From Tepidisphaera sp. (GTDB taxonomy: Bacteria; Planctomycetota; Phycisphaerae; Phycisphaerales; UBA1924): a DNA stretch of 64,000 bases. The stretch's first letter is position 1, and each line of letters starts with the position of its first letter. The notes beneath the pieces were generated by a model. The model did no database searches. It saw nothing but the letters and a program-made list of their open reading frames with translations, and was not told the DNA's origin. The stretch spans positions 1,536,001 to 1,600,000 of the forward strand of contig CP051526.1 in NCBI GenBank assembly GCA_050916045.1, in the 5' to 3' direction. The position numbers and the translations under genes were made by a program. This document shows positions 36,842 to 45,442 of the stretch, piece by piece.

Positions 36842-37606
36842 TTACCACCGCACGATCGCCGTCAGCCTCTCCGTCTTCACCGCCTCCCCACGCCGCAGCG
36901 TGTAAACACACGCCTGCGCCGGGCACCGCACCCGCACGCGCGCCACCGCTTCGCCCAGCCCGCGCGAGATGCAAAGCACCGTCCCGCCCAGTCGGTACAT
37001 CCCCGAAGCCAGCCCCGACGGCAGATCCGACGATGTGTGCGGCGTCATCGTCGGGCTCCAGCGCACCTGCCCCCCGTGCGTGTGCCCCGCCAGCACGACA
37101 TCAATCCCAAGCGAAGCCGCCGTGTACACCTCGGTCGGGTAGTGAATGAGAGCGACACGAAAGTCGCCCTCGGACTCCGCCGATGCCCCGACCAGATCCT
37201 CCGGGAAACTCGCTCCCACAACCATCACGCCATTCCCAAGCCGCACCGACTCACGCCCCAGCCACCGCACTCCCCCGACCCGCTTCGCCCGCTTGACGAG
37301 GCCCGCTCCATCATGGTTCCCGAAGATCCCGAAGACGCCAAGCCGCCCGCGAAGCATCGGCGCCAGCCGCTCAAGCATCCCGACGGCCGCATCGTCGTCC
37401 TTCGGGTGGTCCCCGTAGTCGCCGGTCATCGCGACCAGATCGACCGGGTGGTGGGGGAGCCACGCTTCCAGTCGTTGGAGCACGCCCGGCCACGCCGGCC
37501 CGCCCAGGAGCGGCTTCCTGATGTGAAAGTCCGTCAGGTGCAGAATGGTCATCCCTTCGGCTTCGGCCGGAACCGCCGGGTGCACGATCTCGTACCGTTC
37601 GATCAG
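36842..37606 (-). CDS. Calcineurin-like metallophosphoesterase (start uncertain)
   Basis: LTDFH, MTGD, GNHD, LAGHTHGGQV, ISRGLG. Confidence 0.88.
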   Translation of the reverse strand: MIERYEIVHPAVPAEAEGMTILHLTDFHIRKPLLGGPAWPGVLQRLEAWLPHHPVDLVAMTGDYGDHPKDDDAAVGMLERLAPMLRGRLGVFGIFGNHDGAGLVKRAKRVGGVRWLGRESVRLGNGVMVVGASFPEDLVGASAESEGDFRVALIHYPTEVYTAASLGIDVVLAGHTHGGQVRWSPTMTPHTSSDLPSGLASGMYRLGGTVLCISRGLGEAVARVRVRCPAQACVYTLRRGEAVKTERLTAIVRW

Positions 37607-37793
37607 GCCCCCGGCCTCGTTTGCCGCTGTCGAAGCGGGTCCGGGCGGCCCATGCGACCCCTCCGGGTTGCCGCTGGCGGCGGAATCTGGTAGAGTCCCC
37701 GTCCTATGATCGGGGCCCGGGCGGATACCGACCGGAACCCTGCCCGCTGACTCGTCCCTGCCTGCCTGTTTCCAGCTCGAATTGGAGTTTCCC

Positions 37794-38615
37794 ATGGCCA
37801 AGATGTTCTACTCCCTCGAAGAAGCCGCCGCCAAGCTCGGCAAGTCGTCCGACGCCTTGCAGGCGATGATCGACCGGCGCGAACTCGAGGTCTTCCGCGA
37901 TCGCGACCGCACCCTCCTCAAGGCCGAGCAGGTCGACCTGCTCGCCGGTGGCAAGGGCGGCGGTGACGATATCAAGCTCGCCGACTCGGGCGAACTCGAA
38001 GCCATCTCCCTCGCTTCTTCCGGCTCCGGCGCCGCCATGGCCGCCGACCCCAAGGAGCAGACCGGCGTCAGCATCTTCGACCTTGCCGGCGATGCGTCCG
38101 ACGACTCCGACCCCTCGGCCGTCACCCGTATCCAGCAGTCCAACTCGATCCTCACCCAGGACCCGGGCAAGTCCGGCTCCGGCCTCATGGACCTCACCCG
38201 CGGTGACATCGACGAGACTGCTCTGGGCCTGACCAACCTCGAAGCCGCGTACTCCGGCTCGGGCTCGGCCGACCAGTCCCGCATCGGCTCGATGGCTCCC
38301 GAAGCCGCGACCGGCGGTGGCGGGCTCTTCGAAGGCAACGCGGCCGCCGAAGCTGCGGCGATGACCCCCGCGATGGTCGCCGCATACGCCGAGCCGTACG
38401 ACGGCCCCGGCTCGGGCTTGGTGGCGGGCCTCTGCTTGGGCGCGATCGTCGCGCTGGCTCTCACCACGTTCGGCCTGCTGGTCGCGATGACCGGTTCGGG
38501 CGCGGGCGCGATTCTGCAGCTCATGGGCGACAACCTCTGGGCCTTTGTCGGTGGTTTCCTTGGGTTCGCGCTCATCGCCGGGCTTATCGGCTTCCTGATG
38601 GGCAAGCGTTCCTGA
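37794..38615 (+). CDS. Membrane-anchored protein with an N-terminal helix-turn-helix domain
   Basis: FYSLEEAAAKLG...FRDRD (excisionase/MerR-like), acidic Ser/Gly linker, two C-terminal TM helices. Confidence 0.78.
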   Translation: MAKMFYSLEEAAAKLGKSSDALQAMIDRRELEVFRDRDRTLLKAEQVDLLAGGKGGGDDIKLADSGELEAISLASSGSGAAMAADPKEQTGVSIFDLAGDASDDSDPSAVTRIQQSNSILTQDPGKSGSGLMDLTRGDIDETALGLTNLEAAYSGSGSADQSRIGSMAPEAATGGGGLFEGNAAAEAAAMTPAMVAAYAEPYDGPGSGLVAGLCLGAIVALALTTFGLLVAMTGSGAGAILQLMGDNLWAFVGGFLGFALIAGLIGFLMGKRS

Positions 38616-38646
38616 TCCGACCCGTCAGAAATACGACAATCAAGCG

Positions 38647-38677
38647 AGCCCCTCCCGAGTTTGGGAGGGGCTTTTTT
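38647..38677 (+). terminator. Intrinsic terminator
   Basis: Stem agcccctccc/gggaggggct followed by a T-tract. Confidence 0.85.
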
Positions 38678-38933
38678 ACGCAATCTGCTCGGTGATGGGC
38701 GATCTCGCCGCACGCGACTCAAGCGATGCACCGTCTGCGGACGAAAAAAAAAGACGGCGAGGTGCCCATGCACTCTCGCCGCCAATCCGGGGCAGAAACT
38801 TCAGTTGTCCGGCGATCCCTTGCGGCACCGCGAACTAGGGTGTTTACCCTAAAACATATCGGCAACACCGTGGCTCGAAGTTGAGCTTGTTCGAACAGGA
38901 ATCGCGAATCTCTTCGATTCGATGGTTCTCCGG

Positions 38934-39890
38934 TCAGAAAACCACGTCCCAACATCCGAGAACTCCCGCCACGACGCTCACGATGCCGTTGATCGTAAAG
39001 AAAGCCATGTCGAGGCCGGCTTGGCTGCGTCGGGACAGCACCAGGTGTTCAAGCGCCAAAAGTGCGCACACCAAGCCAACACCCGCCCCGAACACCGGGC
39101 CAAACCGCGCATCACGCGACCACGCCGCCCACAAAGAGCCCGCCGCGACGATGTGCAGTGCGCGTGAGATCCAAAGAGCCGGGCGGACACCCAGCGATGC
39201 CGGCATGCTCGAAAGCCCGCGAGCGCGGTCAAAGCTCACATCCTGCAGGGCGTAGATTACATCAAACCCCGCGACCCAGCAGAGCACGAACCCTGCGATC
39301 CACGGCAGGGCGGCAACAACGCTTCCCACTCCCTCTGATCCCAGTGCAGGAAGGCCGAGCGTGCCTGGGTCCACCGCGATCGCCGCCGCGAGCGGTGCCG
39401 CCGCGAGAGAGCTTCCCAGCACCACGTGGCAAAGCCAGGTGAACCGTTTGGTGTACGAGTAGAACGCGATCCACGCGAGCACGGGGCCCGACAGGATCAG
39501 CGGCCACCAGTTCCCCGCCGCCAGTCCGAAAACGCTCGTCGTCGCGACAAAGCACAACGCCGAGCCCCAGGCCCACCGCCAGCCGTCGCGTGCGCTCATC
39601 GCACCGGCCGCGAAGACCCGCTTGGCCGTGCGGGCGTTCTCGGCGTCGATGTTGCGATCGGCGAGCCGGTTCACGAGCATCGCCCATGTACGGGCCGTGA
39701 CCATGCACGCCACCACCGCCGCGAACATCCACACCGCCGTCCCCGCCGCACGGTCCTTCGGCCACGCCATGGACGCCGCGAGCACCGCGAACGGCAGTGC
39801 GAACACCGAGTGCGAGAGCTTGATGTCGCGAGCGACCAGAGCGAGCTGCGACGGGCGGGATTCGGAGACGGAAGCCGCGGCGTGGGTCAT
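38934..39890 (-). CDS. UbiA-family prenyltransferase (MqnP-like)
   Basis: IKLSHSVFALPFA, NRLADRNIDAENART, YSYTKRFT, WVAGFDVIYALQD, AFFTING. Confidence 0.9.
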   Translation of the reverse strand: MTHAAASVSESRPSQLALVARDIKLSHSVFALPFAVLAASMAWPKDRAAGTAVWMFAAVVACMVTARTWAMLVNRLADRNIDAENARTAKRVFAAGAMSARDGWRWAWGSALCFVATTSVFGLAAGNWWPLILSGPVLAWIAFYSYTKRFTWLCHVVLGSSLAAAPLAAAIAVDPGTLGLPALGSEGVGSVVAALPWIAGFVLCWVAGFDVIYALQDVSFDRARGLSSMPASLGVRPALWISRALHIVAAGSLWAAWSRDARFGPVFGAGVGLVCALLALEHLVLSRRSQAGLDMAFFTINGIVSVVAGVLGCWDVVF

Positions 39891-40248
39891 GAAGCCCAAC
39901 CGTAGGGTGCTCTCGCCGAAGGCTCCGCAGACCGGCCTCGCCGGACCACGGAACGACAACAGGCCCATGAGCCCTCCTCGGGGTCACGAGCCTGTTGCGA
40001 CCATCGCGGCAACAACCCACGCGACAGCGGATTCCCACACCCCGACCCATCCCCCAGTCGCCGAGCGTGCCGACGAAGACCCTCCCTCCTCGGAGTCGCC
40101 TCCGCGACACGCTCTGCCACTGCTCATGCACGCCGCTGTTCTACACCACCGGCGGGCTCGGACGCCACTGTGTGATCCATCAAAGTGCCCCCTTCGCCCG
40201 CCACGGTGTCGTTTGGCTTCTCCTTCGTTGGCAAGACCAAATCTTGAA

Positions 40249-40284
40249 GTCAATCCTTGAGGTCAGTCCTTCGAGTCAGTCCTT
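40249..40284. repeat. Three direct repeats GTCA(A/G)TCCTT with a 13-bp period
   Basis: Copies start at 40249, 40262 and 40275. Confidence 0.8.
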
Positions 40285-40590
40285 ACGCGAGAATCGTCGG
40301 TCGATCGCGAACCGTCTGAGACAGACTCGAAGCCGCGCGACCGCCCACCGCTTTCGCGCGGCGAGAGACTCCGGCTCGATGAACGTCCGTGCCATGCACT
40401 CGGCACCCGAGCGGATGCAGGTTTGAATCCGTGTTGTTCCGTCGAACATCCAAGCAAAAGGCCGCGTGAATCCGGCCTGAGACACCATTCCTTTCGGACC
40501 CGGCCTCGGACCGGTTCCCCGGCCGCCCAAGAAAAGCAAGCGGGGCATCCCGCCGGATCCCACATCCAAAGCCAACCGCCGCAATCTCGC

Positions 40591-41136
40591 TCAGATCGTC
40601 CGGCACACGCCGAGCACCCGCCGGAACACCGGCCGCTCACCGCGCACCAAGCAAGGCCACCGAATGAGATCCGCCGTTCCCTCGGGCCGCTCGACCGCCA
40701 CCACCCAGCCCTCTCTCAGCGAGTCCCGCTCGACGACCGGCCCGAGGATGGCGACATCGCCGCGCTGAAGGCTGACGACGTCGCTTTCCGCTGCCATGAC
40801 CGCCGCGCACCGCGCCTCCTCAAACCCGGGCACGCCGCAAAGCCAGAGCGATTCCTCGCCGGGATCCCGCTTGAGCTCGGCGCGGATCCGCTGTGGCGTC
40901 CGGCACCACGCCGCCGCCCGAACAAACAGGTCCGGCGGAGCTGCGAGCTCGCGTTCCAGCTTGGCCGCCAGATCCGCTTGGGGCGGAGGCCGCTTTCCGC
41001 GCTCGATCGCGGAGAGATACCCCTTCACGCACCCCACCCGCTTGGCCAACTCCTCAAGCGTGAGCCCCCGCGCCAGCCGCAGCTGCCGCATCACCCCGCC
41101 GACCGCGGCCGCCGATTCCGCTGCAAACGGCTCCAT
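40591..41136 (-). CDS. XRE/CI-like transcriptional repressor with a degenerate S24-like C-terminal domain
   Basis: MRQLRLARGLTLEELAKRVGCVKGYLSAIERGKRPPP; C-terminal ..ESDVVSLQRGDVAIL.. Confidence 0.82.
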   Translation of the reverse strand: MEPFAAESAAAVGGVMRQLRLARGLTLEELAKRVGCVKGYLSAIERGKRPPPQADLAAKLERELAAPPDLFVRAAAWCRTPQRIRAELKRDPGEESLWLCGVPGFEEARCAAVMAAESDVVSLQRGDVAILGPVVERDSLREGWVVAVERPEGTADLIRWPCLVRGERPVFRRVLGVCRTI

Positions 41137-41189
41137 CTCCAGACCTCCGACGCAGCCCCGGTCCGAGGGGCTTCGCGAGGGTGGTTTTA

Positions 41190-41320
41190 CCGTTGTGATT
41201 CCGTAAGTACAACGTTTGTGCGCTGGAAAGGTGTCGATCCGTACACCTCCCGCTCAAAAATGGACAATTCGGTGAAAGATTGGTCGAATTGTGGGGTTTA
41301 TTCACTAGCCGGTGAACAAA
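41190..41320. promoter_or_regulatory. Divergent promoter/operator region with a cluster of inverted repeats
   Basis: Lower GC; inverted repeats CGTTGT..ACAACG, AGGTGT..ACACCT, ACAATTCG..CGAATTGT and TTCACt..gGTGAA. Confidence 0.55.
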
Positions 41321-41352
41321 TCGTCGGCCGAATCGACACAAGGAGGTGTTCG

Positions 41353-42039
41353 GTGGATCAGTTTCCGGGGTTGGAGTGGTTGGGTGATGGGGACGAGGTT
41401 CGCGACGGAGCCCAGGGCCAAACGAGAGCCCGCAGAAGTCGCTCAGAGCGAAGCTCAGTCGGAAGGCAATCAGAAGCACCAGCCGAAGCGGAGAGCGTCG
41501 ATCACGCCGCCGATCCCGCGCAGGTCCGAATCCCGCGAGCCCGGCACGCACGTCGCGCCGAAGCTCCCGCCGAAGTCGCGGATCCCGTCGAGTACTGGGG
41601 CCGCTCGGATCTCCGGCGCCGTCGCTCACGCGAACTTGCCGACGAGATCCTCGGTCAGTCCGCCGCGCTCGCGCCGGAGGATGGCGCTCTGCTTCGGGCC
41701 GTCTTCCTCGACCACAAACCGATGACCGAGCTCGCCGCGCTCACGCGCATGCCCGTCCGCGCCGTCCGTCGGCACGTGCGCGAGCTCGTCCGACGCGTCA
41801 CCTCGCCCGAGTTCGCGTTCGTCGTCCGCCACTCGCACGCGTGGCCGGAACAACGCCGCCGCGTCGCCCAAGCCGTCGTCGTCATGGGCAAGTCCTACCG
41901 CCAGACCGGCTGGGACCTGGGGCTCTCGCTTCACGCCGTCCGCTGCCACTCTGCGAGCGTCTACGCGATGTGCGAAGCGGCCAAGCACCTCGCCAGCGAG
42001 ATCGCCGCCGCCCGCCTCGCGGAATCGACCCATGCGTGA
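41353..42039 (+). CDS. Putative regulator with two sigma-region-4-like HTH motifs
   Basis: AAGGAGGT then GTG; LLRAVFLDHKPMTELAALTRMPVRAVRRHV and RRVAQAVVVMGKSYRQTGWDLGLSLHAVRCH. Confidence 0.68.
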   Translation: MDQFPGLEWLGDGDEVRDGAQGQTRARRSRSERSSVGRQSEAPAEAESVDHAADPAQVRIPRARHARRAEAPAEVADPVEYWGRSDLRRRRSRELADEILGQSAALAPEDGALLRAVFLDHKPMTELAALTRMPVRAVRRHVRELVRRVTSPEFAFVVRHSHAWPEQRRRVAQAVVVMGKSYRQTGWDLGLSLHAVRCHSASVYAMCEAAKHLASEIAAARLAESTHA

Positions 42040-42682
42040 AGTCGCGACGCGCTCGAGAATTTCCCCGCGCGTCGTTGATGTCTGCCTCGCTCTCGGCCTC
42101 ACCATCCGCAAGCCGGCTCGTTTCCGCGAGCCCGCTCGCGTACGTGAAGCAGAGCGTGCGCTCCTCCGCGCGATCCGCGCGTCGCGAGGGCGCCCGCTTC
42201 TGATCAGCGTGACGGGTCCGAGCGGCGGGGGCAAGTCGACGCTCCTGCGGGCTCTGGCAAAGGCGCTGCGGGCAGGCTTTGGGCCGCCGCGGCGTCTGCG
42301 CGCCGATGTCGCGGCGGTGGACGCCGTCCGTGGCGGAGCGGCTTTGCTTGCGCGGGCGGGGCTGGCCGAGAGCGCGGCGATGATCGCGTCCGCACGCGAG
42401 CTTTCCGAGGGGCAGAGGCATCGCCTCCTGATCGCTCGCCTGATGGATCGCCGCTCGCGCGTGGTCTTCATCGACGAGTTCGCGTCCACCCTCGACCGCC
42501 CGACGGCGATGGGTGTCGCGATGGGTATGAGACGCTGGGCGCACGCGGCGGGCAAGGTCGTCGTGTGCGCCACGGCGCACGACGACGTCGAGCGGTGGCT
42601 GGACGCGGACATCCGCGTCCGCGTGCCGCTCGCCGGAGAGATCGAGATCGAAAGCGTCGGGGATCGCAGATCCACCGGGTGA
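42032..42682 (+). CDS. Stand-alone ABC-type ATPase
   Basis: Walker A GPSGGGKST, signature LSEGQRHR, Walker B VVFIDEF, H-loop ATAHDD; no permease nearby. Confidence 0.82.
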   Translation: MREVATRSRISPRVVDVCLALGLTIRKPARFREPARVREAERALLRAIRASRGRPLLISVTGPSGGGKSTLLRALAKALRAGFGPPRRLRADVAAVDAVRGGAALLARAGLAESAAMIASARELSEGQRHRLLIARLMDRRSRVVFIDEFASTLDRPTAMGVAMGMRRWAHAAGKVVVCATAHDDVERWLDADIRVRVPLAGEIEIESVGDRRSTG

Positions 42683-42709
42683 GCACAGGGGAACGGGGCT
42701 CGCCGGGGG

Positions 42710-43522
42710 GTGAGCCGCAAGGGGCAATGGGGGCAAACGGTGCGGATCGAGACGGGCGGATGGGCCGACTACGAGCGGCTTTCGGTGTGGCATTACCTCG
42801 CGGGAGCGCCGAGGGTGGTCGACGTCATCCTGCGTGCGGTGTGCGAAGCTCCCGGCGTCGGCCCGCAGGTCGCGGGCGTGCTCGTCGTGTCGCACCCCGC
42901 GCTCTTCGGCTGGTGGCGCGATGAAGCGTGGCCGGGGCGTTACATCCCGCGAAGGAACGGTCCGACACGCATCCAAGCCGCCGAGCATCTCAACGCCGAG
43001 GTCCGCACGATCTCCCGCGTCATCGTCGATCCGCGGTTCCGAGCTCTGGGCGTCGCGTCTTCGCTCGTCCGCGCGTATCTCGCCAAGCCGCGCACCCTTC
43101 GGACCGAAGCCGCCGCCGCGATGGGCGGGCTCTGCCCGTTCTTTGCCCGCGCGGGCATGCGCGAGCACATCCGTGGCCCCGATCGCTTCTCGCTGGAGCT
43201 CAGAGCGTGGCTTGCCACAAAGGGCATCCGCGCCGCGGATCTCATCGACGCGGACCGGGCCGCGCGGGCGCTCAAGCGGCCCGGCGTGGAGAAGCACCTT
43301 CGCTGGTGGTGCGGCAAGTCGTTTTCGACCATGCGGTCGGCACATCGCCCCCTTCCCGCGCTCGCGGCCATCGTCGCCGCGCGGGTGTGGGGCACGAGAC
43401 GGGCGTACACGTGGGACGCTCAGCACATTGGCGGCGTGGAGACGCCGGGGAGGAATCGTGGGGGATCGCAAGCACGTTCGCAAAGCTCGCAGGACCAAAG
43501 CCGCTCGCGCGGCCGACATTGA
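42710..43522 (+). CDS. GNAT-fold acyltransferase (Mom-like)
   Basis: WHYL motif, acyl-CoA motif ISRVIVDPRFRALGVAS, AMGGLCPFFARAGM. Confidence 0.75.
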   Translation: MSRKGQWGQTVRIETGGWADYERLSVWHYLAGAPRVVDVILRAVCEAPGVGPQVAGVLVVSHPALFGWWRDEAWPGRYIPRRNGPTRIQAAEHLNAEVRTISRVIVDPRFRALGVASSLVRAYLAKPRTLRTEAAAAMGGLCPFFARAGMREHIRGPDRFSLELRAWLATKGIRAADLIDADRAARALKRPGVEKHLRWWCGKSFSTMRSAHRPLPALAAIVAARVWGTRRAYTWDAQHIGGVETPGRNRGGSQARSQSSQDQSRSRGRH

Positions 43523-45116
43523 TCAGGACATCATCCGCCCGGAAACTGTGGATCTTCAGAAGCCGCCCCGAACGCCGGACCAGCTCCACGCGTGGATCCG
43601 CGAGCACCTGGAACTCGACCTGCCGCGCGAAGCCGTCATCGACGGCCACGCGGCTCCTTTCTCGTACATCGCGTGGACGTTCTTCGGGTCGCCCGCTCCA
43701 AAGCCCGACGACCTCCCGGGAGTGCCCGACGCCGTGGTCTGGGCCAACCGCGGTGGCGGAAAGACTTTCCTCGGTGCCGTCGCGACCACCCTCGACTTGC
43801 TCTTCCGGCCAGGCATCGAGGTCCGCATCCTCGCCGGAAGCATGGACCAGGCCCAGCGGATGCACGCGCACCTGCGTGCGTTCTTCGCACGCCCGACGCT
43901 CGCCGGGCTGATCGAGGGCCGCGTCACCGACAAGAAGCTGCGTCTGGTCAACGGGTCGGTCGTCGAGCTTCTCTCCCAGTCGCAGACCTCCGTCCGCGGG
44001 ACGCGCGTCCAGCGGGTGCGGTGCGATGAGGTTGAGCTCTTCGATCCCGACGTCTGGGATGCCGTTCAGCTGACGACGCGGTCCAAGGTCTGCGGCGAGC
44101 GTACGGTCCGCGGCGCGATCGAGTGCCTCAGCACGATGCACGTGCCCCACGGCCTGATGCACCGCCTGGTCGCCGAAGCCCGCGAGGGCAAGCGCAAGCT
44201 CTTCAAGTGGGGCGTGGTCGATGTCCTGGAGCGATGCGGACCCGAACGCAGTTGCGGCGTGATCGAGGCTTCGGCCGACGGCGTATCGCTCCCGGTGCTC
44301 CAGCCCGAGGGGGGCGGAGCGTGCGTGCTTTGGACGGAGTGTGCCGGCCGGGCCAAAGCGCGAGCGGGCAACGAGACGGGCATCGGCGTCGGCCATATCG
44401 CCATCGACGACGCCATCGGCATGAAGGGCCGCGTGTCGCTCACCGTCTGGGAAGCCGAGATGCTCTGCCTGCGGCCCAAACGCGACGATGCGGTCCTTCC
44501 GGAATTCGAGCCCAAGACGCACGTGGTTTCGGAGATTCCCGGCCTTGCGGGCGGTGCCGCGAACGAGAACGCCGACCTCCGGTGGGTGGGCGGGATGGAC
44601 TTTGGGTACCGTTCGCCGGCCGTCGTGCTTTGGGCCGTCCTCGATGAACTCGGACGCGTCTGGGTCGTCGATGAGCGGGTTCGCAAGGGACAGACCGTGG
44701 CCGAGCACGCTGCGGCGATTCACAAAGCACCCTGGCCGACGCTCGCGTGGATCGGCGTGGACCCCGCCGGCAACGCGACCAACGAGCAGACCGCGGACAG
44801 CTCGGCCGGAGTGCTCCGCAAAGCCGGGCACGTGGTGAGATCTTCAAGAATCCCCGTCGCTCGCGGGCTTGAGCTGATCCGCCAGCGACTCCGCCCGGCG
44901 GACCTGGGGTCGCGCGGCGCGGGCGGCCCGACGCTTTATGTGCACGAACGGTGCCGCGTGCTGATCGAGTCGCTGGAGCGGTACCACTACCCGGAGCGGG
45001 ACCCGGAAAGCACCGACCCGGTGAAGGACGGGCACGATCACGCGGTGGATGCGCTCCGGTACCTCATCCAGAATCTGGAAACGCCGCGCGGAGCCAAGGT
45101 GTGGAAGTACGCGTGA
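43458..45116 (+). CDS. Phage large terminase-like protein
   Basis: GGAGG then GTG 43458; Walker A WANRGGGKT, SVRG..Walker B VRCDEVE, LST coupling motif, nuclease GMDFG, VDPAG, DHAVDALRY. Confidence 0.88.
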   Translation: MGDRKHVRKARRTKAARAADIDQDIIRPETVDLQKPPRTPDQLHAWIREHLELDLPREAVIDGHAAPFSYIAWTFFGSPAPKPDDLPGVPDAVVWANRGGGKTFLGAVATTLDLLFRPGIEVRILAGSMDQAQRMHAHLRAFFARPTLAGLIEGRVTDKKLRLVNGSVVELLSQSQTSVRGTRVQRVRCDEVELFDPDVWDAVQLTTRSKVCGERTVRGAIECLSTMHVPHGLMHRLVAEAREGKRKLFKWGVVDVLERCGPERSCGVIEASADGVSLPVLQPEGGGACVLWTECAGRAKARAGNETGIGVGHIAIDDAIGMKGRVSLTVWEAEMLCLRPKRDDAVLPEFEPKTHVVSEIPGLAGGAANENADLRWVGGMDFGYRSPAVVLWAVLDELGRVWVVDERVRKGQTVAEHAAAIHKAPWPTLAWIGVDPAGNATNEQTADSSAGVLRKAGHVVRSSRIPVARGLELIRQRLRPADLGSRGAGGPTLYVHERCRVLIESLERYHYPERDPESTDPVKDGHDHAVDALRYLIQNLETPRGAKVWKYA

Positions 45117-45124
45117 GAGCGAGA

Positions 45125-45376
45125 TCAGCGGGCGGCGATCCGGGGCATCAACTGCGTGATGAGGACAAACATCAGCACGGCGAGCCCGGCGATCGAGAGC
45201 ACGATCTGTGCCGTCATGATCAGCACGTTCCGCCAGTAGTGCTCGAACGTGTGGACGCGGATGGCTTTGTACGCGACGGAGACGAAGAACGCCAGCGGGA
45301 TGAGCGTGAAGTACCACCACGACTCGATGTTGAGCGGATCCAGGAACGGCGTGTAGGCGAGGATGGCGTGGTTCAT
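45125..45376 (-). CDS. Small membrane protein
   Basis: PFLDPL..WWYFTLIPLAFFVSVAYKAIR; two TM segments. Confidence 0.7.
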   Translation of the reverse strand: MNHAILAYTPFLDPLNIESWWYFTLIPLAFFVSVAYKAIRVHTFEHYWRNVLIMTAQIVLSIAGLAVLMFVLITQLMPRIAAR

Positions 45377-45442
45377 GGCGGTGGGCGAGGGGCCGCGGAG
45401 TGCGAGGAACGGTTCGTGGGCGGGGCGGGATCCGAAAGGAGG

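Noticed and set aside
40423..41352. N-terminal part of the 538-aa ORF 40423..42039
   Set aside because: Antisense to the XRE gene; a strong SD with GTG at 41353 marks the likely start.
42834..43457. Upstream extension of the terminase ORF
   Set aside because: It overlaps the GNAT gene out of frame; SD plus GTG lies at 43458.
40591..45116. Complete prophage
   Set aside because: No integrase, att repeats, structural, lysis or replication genes are recognisable in the window.
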